NCBI GenBank assembly: GCA_965247285.1
Contig: CBDFHD010000003.1
Location: 228,709-292,708, forward strand
DNA from: Candidatus Poribacteria bacterium
GTDB lineage: Bacteria; Poribacteria; WGA-4E; WGA-3G
Reading direction: 5' to 3'
DNA: 64,000 nucleotides
The notes under the pieces are model-generated. The model made no database searches and was not told the DNA's origin. It saw only the letters and a program-made list of their open reading frames with translations. Shown here piece after piece: positions 57,191-64,000 of the stretch. Within the stretch, counting starts at the first letter, position 1. Each line of letters begins with the position of its first letter. Made by a program: the position numbers and the translations under genes.

Positions 57191-60100
57191 CTATCGACTC
57201 CATTTGACGACGCAATTGGACGGGATCTCGCGGATGAACATAGACGATGCACGGTCCCGATCCCCGAAACGATACACGACGGAACTCAGGTAAAGCTGCT
57301 CTTGCGCTCGTGTCATACCCACATAGAAAAGACGGCGCTCCTCTTCAAGCTCTGCTTCTGTAATGTTCTGCCGCCACATCGGGAAACTCCCCTCCTCCAT
57401 ACCAATGATGATAACCACCGGAAATTCTGTCCCTTTCGCGGCGTGCAAGGTCATTAACGTCAGCTGCTCAGTCTTATCGTCGAGTTCATCAATATTGGTG
57501 AGTAGTTTATGATAATCCAGAAAGTTGATAAGCCCATGCTCATCACTGATTAACTCGAAGTGGAGGACCGCGTTCATAAACTGAATTCGACGTTGTCGCC
57601 AGTCTGCATCTTCTGGAAACTCTCGGACGGTCGCATGCTGTAACGTTTCTATATGTTCTCTCGCTTGTCCCGCTTCTGTGGGGTCAAGTGGTAGATTATC
57701 CAGCGATACGACGTTGTGTGTCTGGACGAAGCGTTTCGCGACATTTAAGAACGTATCGGTCTCGGTTAAGGCTTCCTCTGGATGCGCGACCTCTTCGGTT
57801 TTCGCAAGGATACCGAGCCCAACAAAGGGTAGCAATTCAGTGAGGGATTTCGCCTCGCGTTTGTAAGCGTCGATTTTGATGAGTTCTTTAAATATCTCTC
57901 GATTGACTCTGACGTCCTCTAAAGCACTGTGTAAACGCCCGTGTTCAATCTCAAATTTTTCGGCAAGCGCACTCATGCTACAGCGTTGTCGTGGGAAAAG
58001 CCTACGCGCCGTGGCGAGCGTATCGTAATGGGGCGCCGATAGATCCCTTTTCAAATACCTTCCCAGGTCGCGAGCAAGGATTGGATTGTCATATTCCGCT
58101 ACATTGTGTCCAATCAGAATTCTATTCTGGATAAATCCAAGAAATTCAGGCAACACCATTTCGATTCCCGGTGAGGTCTTGACTGTCTCTGCATCAATTC
58201 CATGGACGCGCTTGGCTGACTCCGGGATGTGTCCTCCTGGCGGTTTTACTAAGCGATAATACCGCTCAACTTCATCTCCGATTGCACTGAGACGGTGTGC
58301 AGCGATCTCAACGATTTCTGCCGTTTTCGGGTTAAGTCCGGTAGTTTCCAAATCGTAAACGACCATATCCGCCATGTTTGGGGTTTCAAAACGATTAACA
58401 AGACGTTGGCAGAGTTTGAGTGCAGTGATGCTATGAATCCCTTCTGATTCCAGACGAAGCACGTCCGTATTTGCTACGTCCGCTGTGCCGATGAGGAGTG
58501 TCCGGGCATCCCGCGCACTTTCTCCGATGTTCTCGAAATTGCCGATAAGCAGATGTACCCCGTTTTCGTTCGGTTTGGGTCTGTTTCCTTCAGGCGGCAA
58601 CAATTGGAGTTGTGCGGTGTGATTTAGGTAGGTTTCAAGCGTTTGGTAGATAATATGCGCTGCACAGTACTCGTCAATCCCGTGGCTGGCGGTAATCTGA
58701 ATCGGCTCACCGAGATTAAGCGCGCTGTAGAGGACATCCTGTGCAGTTACCAGATTCGGCACCTCAGGTTGTTTTTCGATGACTTCCAGTTCTTCAGCAC
58801 GATAGGGAGTCCGAGAGCGTTCCAAAGTATCGAAGAGTTTCGTGATAATTTTATCGACCCTCTCGTCTTCAATTTCAATTGATAACCTCTCAAGTTGTGT
58901 CCAGAATTGACGAACATTTCGGCGTGTTAAGGGACCGACATCCTGTGGATATGCTTCGATATTTTTCAAAAGCTCCACAAAAGCAATATCTTCACGTTCT
59001 GCGATCCACTTCAAGCGCACCCATGTTAAGTCGTCGATACAAGTTTCAGGAAAGTTGATTGCGCGTTCCATATCTTGTGGAAGTTGCCACTGGATGAAAC
59101 GGAGATACGCCAGGATACCTTTGCTATTCCCTTCCGCGAAGGAGTGAGTCGGTTGAATTCGTTGGAATTGGATGTGTTCCCGTAGCAACTGTTCTTCCAA
59201 AACGTCCGCGAGTCTGTGTGTACGGTAAAAAATGGCAATATCGCGATAGGAATAGTTGCGTTTCGTCACTAAGTTCTGGATGACCTTAATGATGTCGCGT
59301 GCTTCCGCTACGGGTGTGTCAAAGGTATAGTGAAAGATGTCGCGCCCTGCGTCTTTATGGGTTCTGAGGGTGTGTTGTTTCTGTCGTTCCGTGTTTCTGG
59401 AGATGACCTCCTCTGCGGCGCGCAAAATTTTCTCGCTACACCGATAGTGGTCGTCCAAAGCAAGTTCTCTCGGATTGTAATCGGTTCTGAAACCCTCAAT
59501 ATACGCTGGATTTGAGCCGCGCCAACTATAGATCGCCTGATCTTCGTCAGCGACTATCATAAGGTTGTGTTCGGGCGGCGCACAGAGCAGTTGGAGTAAG
59601 TGATACTGCACACTGTTCACATCGTGGAATTCGTCAACAAGGATATGGGTGATTGTTTTGTGGTAGTCTTTCTGTACATCTTCCACCTGTTCAAACAATT
59701 CGATAGTCTTCACAAGGAGATCGTCGAAATCGAGCGCATCGTATTCAGCGAGTCTGTCCTGATAGTTTCGCAGAACACTTCGGATGTTTTCGGCGGTTTC
59801 CGGATCATGAATGTCCGTGGCATCCACTGCGTCAACGGGATTCTCTGATTTACATTTGGCATCACTCAGGATGTTACGCAGCGACCATGGCGGATAGTCA
59901 TCGGTGTTGAGGTTCAATGCTCGGACGCTCTCTGTTAATATCTCGTCTTGGAGTTCCTGATCGAAGATAGTGAAGTTTTCGCTTAATCCGATCCGCAGGG
60001 CGTGCTTTCGGAGCACTTTAACGCAAAATGCATGGAAGGTGCTGACTTTAATGTTGGAACTGTGCGGTTCGCCAATCTCGTTGTTGACGCGTTCCTGCAT

Positions 60101-60298
60101 CTCTTGCGCAGCTTTGTTGGTAAAGGTGATCGCAAGGATGCTCTCCGCTTTGATGCCGTGTTCGCGAATCAGATAAGCGATACGATGTGTGATGACTCTT
60201 GTTTTCCCTGTACCGGGACCTGCGATAACGAGGAGTGGACCATTTTTGTGTGTTACGGCTTCTGTCTGTTTTTCATTTAATTCATGAAGAATGTTCAT
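57191..60298 (-). CDS. UvrD/PcrA-family SF1 helicase with an inserted DnaQ-like DEDDh 3'-5' exonuclease domain
   Basis: The helicase motifs are I GPGTGKT, II VDEFHD, III DEDQAIYSWRG and C-terminal V/VI TLHAAKGTEFPVV and YVGMTRAQEQLYL. Between them lie Exo I VVYDLETTGL, Exo II IGHNVAEYD and Exo III HSALEDV. GGAGGGA precedes the ATG at 60298. Confidence 0.85.
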   Translation of the reverse strand: MNILHELNEKQTEAVTHKNGPLLVIAGPGTGKTRVITHRIAYLIREHGIKAESILAITFTNKAAQEMQERVNNEIGEPHSSNIKVSTFHAFCVKVLRKHALRIGLSENFTIFDQELQDEILTESVRALNLNTDDYPPWSLRNILSDAKCKSENPVDAVDATDIHDPETAENIRSVLRNYQDRLAEYDALDFDDLLVKTIELFEQVEDVQKDYHKTITHILVDEFHDVNSVQYHLLQLLCAPPEHNLMIVADEDQAIYSWRGSNPAYIEGFRTDYNPRELALDDHYRCSEKILRAAEEVISRNTERQKQHTLRTHKDAGRDIFHYTFDTPVAEARDIIKVIQNLVTKRNYSYRDIAIFYRTHRLADVLEEQLLREHIQFQRIQPTHSFAEGNSKGILAYLRFIQWQLPQDMERAINFPETCIDDLTWVRLKWIAEREDIAFVELLKNIEAYPQDVGPLTRRNVRQFWTQLERLSIEIEDERVDKIITKLFDTLERSRTPYRAEELEVIEKQPEVPNLVTAQDVLYSALNLGEPIQITASHGIDEYCAAHIIYQTLETYLNHTAQLQLLPPEGNRPKPNENGVHLLIGNFENIGESARDARTLLIGTADVANTDVLRLESEGIHSITALKLCQRLVNRFETPNMADMVVYDLETTGLNPKTAEIVEIAAHRLSAIGDEVERYYRLVKPPGGHIPESAKRVHGIDAETVKTSPGIEMVLPEFLGFIQNRILIGHNVAEYDNPILARDLGRYLKRDLSAPHYDTLATARRLFPRQRCSMSALAEKFEIEHGRLHSALEDVRVNREIFKELIKIDAYKREAKSLTELLPFVGLGILAKTEEVAHPEEALTETDTFLNVAKRFVQTHNVVSLDNLPLDPTEAGQAREHIETLQHATVREFPEDADWRQRRIQFMNAVLHFELISDEHGLINFLDYHKLLTNIDELDDKTEQLTLMTLHAAKGTEFPVVIIIGMEEGSFPMWRQNITEAELEEERRLFYVGMTRAQEQLYLSSVVYRFGDRDRASSMFIREIPSNCVVKWSR

Positions 60299-60577
60299 CG
60301 GGGTTCCCTCCGTACATTCTGTCCGAAATTTGCATGTTTTTTAGAGTCGGTGTGATATAGTATTTAGGTCGAAATACAGCGGTTCCCGCTGCGAATAAAC
60401 CCATGATTATTATACCTTATTCGGCGCGAAAAAACAAGGCATTTTGAGCATAATTCAGAGCCATTCAATTCTCGCGAAACACTCTTGTAGGAGGGCTTTG
60501 TAAGCCCGATTTATAGGTGTCCTAATTATCCTGAAAATCCTAAAATCTTGTAAATCCTGATTCTGACAGCCTATAAT

Positions 60578-60623
60578 TGATAACTGACGACTGATGGTTG
60601 GCTGCTGATAACTGACGACTGAA
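60578..60623. repeat. Direct repeat TGATAACTGACGACTGA(T/A)TGG x2 (CTGAYRA heptad family)
   Basis: It lies in the intergenic region between the helicase and the WD40 gene. Confidence 0.55.
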
Positions 60624-60820
60624 TGGCTCTGAACATAACGGGAGACTCAACTTCAGACAATTTTTATGAATTTTCATGTGATGGATTGGGTTAAAAGGAA
60701 ATACTTGAGGTACTCCTCTAACCTAATTTTTCTATGCGCATGTTGCTTGTGTTCTTGCGTAAAGCAGAGAATAATCAAATTACTTGATACTGTCGCACTA
60801 ATTATCCCAAAAATCCGTGA

Positions 60821-62656
60821 TTGAGAGACATGAATTTACAAACCCCACCACCCTACACGCAATGGGAACTTCCCCCAGGTGCCTTAGCGCGCCTTGGCAA
60901 AGGCGCGATAACGGATATTCAGTATTCTCCAGACGGAACCCGTCTCGCAGTCGCTTGTTATATCGGCGTTTGGCTCTACGATGCACACACCTGCACCGAA
61001 ATCGCACTCCTTAAACACGGACAGGATCAGGGTGTCGCTTCGCTCGCGTTTTCGCGCGATGGCACGACCCTTGTAACCGGAAATTCGGATAATACAATTT
61101 CACTATGGGATGTCCACACCGGACAGCGTCGCTCCACGATGACACTCGGAGATGATGAAGCTGAGGTTTGGGCGTTCGTAGTTTCGCCGGATGGTAATAC
61201 TCTCATCAGTGCAGGATTGGGCGAGAAAATCCGATTTTGGGACACTCACACGGGTCGCCTGCTTTATGATATTGTCGGACATGCGTATCCCATCAATGCT
61301 CTTGCGTTGTCACCAGATGGCAAAGTCCTCGCGAGCGGCAGTAATGACTATACTATCAAGCTTTGGGATACTCATACTGGCAGGCACCTTTCGACGTTGA
61401 CCGGACATACACATGGGGTTATGGCATTAGCGTTCGCCCCCAACGGTATGAATCTCGTCAGCGGCAGTCGGGACGAGACGCTCTGTTTATGGGATACCAC
61501 GACCGGTGAAAAACTGGCAACCCTCGCCACAGACATCGGTGTTGTCGGCAATTTGGAATTTTCACCCGATGGCACCCTCCTCGCAAGTGGGGGCGGTGAC
61601 CATACAGTTCGGCTCTGGAATGCGGATACAGGCACTGAGCAAGCGACCCTCATAGGGCATAAAGATGCTGTTTGTGGTATCTCTTTTTCTCCGGATGGTG
61701 CAACGCTCGCCAGTGCAAGCAGGGATCATACCATCCGCTTCTGGGGTTTAGCGAGTGGCGAAGAGAAGGCAATTATCGACGGGCATGCTGAATGGGTCAA
61801 CTCCGTAGCATTTTCATCCGATGGGAGTTTTCTCGCCAGCGGTAGTGATGACGAAACGCTCAGATTGTGGGATCTGTATACCTACACTGAATCTCAAACC
61901 TTCAACGGACATATTTATCTGATTGATGACGTTGCTTTTTCATCGGATGGCGCAATTCTCGCAAGTGCGAGTCAAGATGAAAGAATTTTTTTGTGGAATG
62001 TGGATACTGGTACTGAGACAGCCGTCTTGGATGCACATGATATGGTTACCTCGTTGGCGTTTGCACCAAACGGCACGACCCTCGCCAACGGAGATTGGGA
62101 CAACACTGTTCGATTGTGGAATATTGAAACCGGTAACCAATCAGCAGTCTTAACAGGCCATACTGATGTTGTTACGACAGTTGCATTTTCCCCGGACGGG
62201 AGAATCCTCGCCAGTGGCAGTGAAGATGAAACAATTCGGTTATGGAATGGCACTACAGGTCATTATCTCACTGTTCTTACGGGGCATACCGATATTGTTA
62301 AGACGGTAGCATTTTCACCAGATGGATATATCCTTGCCAGCGGGAGTTCGGACAACACCATCAAACTCTGGGATTTGAACACTTGTCAACATCTCACCAC
62401 TCTTATAGGACATACCGATACTGTTGAGACTGTGGGGTTTTCGCCAGATGGACACGTTCTTATAAGCAGTGGTGATGCTGAAGACAACACGATTCGTTTA
62501 TGGAACCCTGTTACCAGTCAGCAGTGTGCGATCATTAAGAACTACAGGGGCACCACAGTGGCATTCAGTCCTGATGGTAGAACATTTGCCAGCGGTAGTG
62601 CAGACGGAACGATCCTCATCTGGGATCTCGCAACCGTTGAAGTTACATATAGTTAA
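60821..62656 (+). CDS. Cytoplasmic WD40-repeat protein with ~14 repeats (two beta-propellers)
   Basis: Regular ~42-aa repeats carry GH...AFSPDG.LASGS.D.T.RLWD. No signal peptide is present. Confidence 0.8.
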   Translation: MRDMNLQTPPPYTQWELPPGALARLGKGAITDIQYSPDGTRLAVACYIGVWLYDAHTCTEIALLKHGQDQGVASLAFSRDGTTLVTGNSDNTISLWDVHTGQRRSTMTLGDDEAEVWAFVVSPDGNTLISAGLGEKIRFWDTHTGRLLYDIVGHAYPINALALSPDGKVLASGSNDYTIKLWDTHTGRHLSTLTGHTHGVMALAFAPNGMNLVSGSRDETLCLWDTTTGEKLATLATDIGVVGNLEFSPDGTLLASGGGDHTVRLWNADTGTEQATLIGHKDAVCGISFSPDGATLASASRDHTIRFWGLASGEEKAIIDGHAEWVNSVAFSSDGSFLASGSDDETLRLWDLYTYTESQTFNGHIYLIDDVAFSSDGAILASASQDERIFLWNVDTGTETAVLDAHDMVTSLAFAPNGTTLANGDWDNTVRLWNIETGNQSAVLTGHTDVVTTVAFSPDGRILASGSEDETIRLWNGTTGHYLTVLTGHTDIVKTVAFSPDGYILASGSSDNTIKLWDLNTCQHLTTLIGHTDTVETVGFSPDGHVLISSGDAEDNTIRLWNPVTSQQCAIIKNYRGTTVAFSPDGRTFASGSADGTILIWDLATVEVTYS

Positions 62657-63188
62657 AGTATATTTCATAGGTAGGATTTTGTTGGACAAGGTACCCCTGC
62701 CTTGATGAACCCGCTTTTCAGGTTCCACTGCTGGAGACCTACACGCTCATTTCTTCCCAAATGGTGTCGCGTAAGTTCCACCTGTAAAGGACAATTGTCA
62801 ATCAAGCAGGAAACCGTAATCCTGCAAATCCTCTAATCCTATAAATCCTGATTCAGACAACAAGTGCTATGCGGTACCCAATTAAATTTTTAATCTTTAC
62901 TAACCGTTCTGGATTGGATTAAATGCTTAGGTCAAACTCGCATCAATCCTATGTAACGGCACACACCCTGTGTCGTTAATATTTTAGATGTAACGGTTAA
63001 AGGTGTGCCTAATACTTTAACAGGACTTACACAGTCAGCACGTCCATCAGGAAAAGTTTCCTGACGAATTGTGCGGGTCCTAACTTTGAAATATAATGAC
63101 ACACTGTGTGTCTACCGCTTTGAAAGGAATAGAATGAATTATTTGAACGTGTTGAAAAACGCAACCTTTTTGATGTTCGGATTCTTAT

Positions 63189-63306
63189 TATAGTAAAATC
63201 CAAAAATATGTGGACAGTTAGTCAGTGAACAACGCCCCCACCACCGCTGGCGAGGATTGTATCCTCGCCTCTTTAGAGCGTCCAAGTAATTGTAGGTTTT
63301 ACTATA
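63189..63306. repeat. MITE family 1 copy F
   Basis: TATAGTAAAATCCAAAAATATGTGGACAG...CCGCTGGCGAGGATTGTATCCTCGCC...TCCAAGTAATTGTAGGTTTTACTATA. Confidence 0.65.
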
Positions 63307-63316
63307 ATCTATATCT

Positions 63317-63685
63317 GTGGCTGTGAGAAAATTCAGGATCGCTGCGGGTTCCGGACACGGTGTGGTTGAAGCCGCGAAGGCACTTCAGAAGTATGTCATT
63401 TGGGTTGACACGAACATCAACGCCACCGCTCCCGATATTTTCCTAACGAGTATGCTCAGGCAGATTAACAATGCCGTCTACAATATTGTCACCCAATTCG
63501 CAGAAGACAATTTTACACCCGGTGTTCACCGTTTAGGACTCAAAGCGGATGATATTGTCTATGCACTTGATGCGCACAACAGTCCCCATTTCTCGGATGA
63601 GATCCTGATGGCAGTTGAGACGTTGAAGGCGCGAATCATTTCGGGAGAGATTGTCGTTCCAACGGAGCCTGTACTTCCGCGCTAA
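63317..63685 (+). CDS. Hypothetical protein
   Basis: This 122-aa ORF has a GTG start immediately after the MITE and no RBS. Its 5' end is possibly disrupted by the MITE insertion. Confidence 0.35.
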   Translation: MAVRKFRIAAGSGHGVVEAAKALQKYVIWVDTNINATAPDIFLTSMLRQINNAVYNIVTQFAEDNFTPGVHRLGLKADDIVYALDAHNSPHFSDEILMAVETLKARIISGEIVVPTEPVLPR

Positions 63686-63694
63686 CGACTTTAT

Positions 63695-63900
63695 TTGCTG
63701 GCGAGGATTTCAACCTCTCCTATTTCCCCTGTTTGCTGGCGAGGTTTCCTGGGGAAACACCCAAGCAAAAACACCTCGCCATTTTATAGTAAAGCCGAAA
63801 AATATGTAGACCCTTTGGTGAACAAAAACCCCTACCTTCGCTGGCGAGGATTGTATCCTCGCCTCTTCACAATGTCCAAGTAATTATAGGCTTTACTATA
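63695..63900. repeat. MITE family 1 copy G preceded by two partial core fragments
   Basis: The fragments at 63701-63725 and 63747-63772 contain GCTGGCGAGG. A complete element at 63785-63900 has perfect TIRs TATAGTAAAGCC...GGCTTTACTATA. Confidence 0.65.
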
Positions 63901-64000
63901 AGTCATGGCTTCGTATCGGTATTGACAGGCGGTTCTTCGTTGTTAATAAACCGTTCAATCGTGTTAATCGTTGCTGGACTCGTACGGAAGTCGGCAACCC

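Overview
This is a bacterial chromosomal window of about 48% GC, probably from an uncultured or candidate-phylum genome rich in WD40 proteins. The conserved housekeeping backbone contains rpsF-ssb-rpsR-rplI-dnaB, mlaE-mlaF-mlaD, radA-yacL(PIN/TRAM)-ispD-ispF-cysS, dprA-tsaD-tsaC, guaB, a standalone nuoI, and a leuB-family dehydrogenase. Interleaved with this is an unusual amount of mobile and repetitive DNA: (1) a complex group II intron locus on the minus strand at 2.87-6.02 kb, with an RT/maturase/HNH protein, two domain V/VI copies and two intron 5' segments, which suggests a nested or tandem twintron; (2) an IS200/IS605-type TnpB-only element at 36.9-38.4 kb; (3) at least seven copies of a ~116-bp MITE with TATAGTAAAGCC terminal inverted repeats, plus a second TIR family AGGACTTACGCA; (4) a ~112-nt repeat that forms the 5' leader and RBS of mlaF, radA (tandem x2) and tsaC; (5) heptanucleotide (CTGACAA)n microsatellites and other short intergenic motifs. 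Accessory genes include two tandem TonB-dependent receptor paralogs, two tandem SAM-methyltransferase paralogs, three PhyH-family dioxygenases with an amidohydrolase, two PIN modules, an orphan MT-A70 DNA methyltransferase next to a 934-aa protein of unknown function, two large WD40 beta-propeller proteins, and a 1035-aa UvrD-family helicase carrying an inserted DEDDh exonuclease domain. No CRISPR array, rRNA or convincing tRNA gene was seen.
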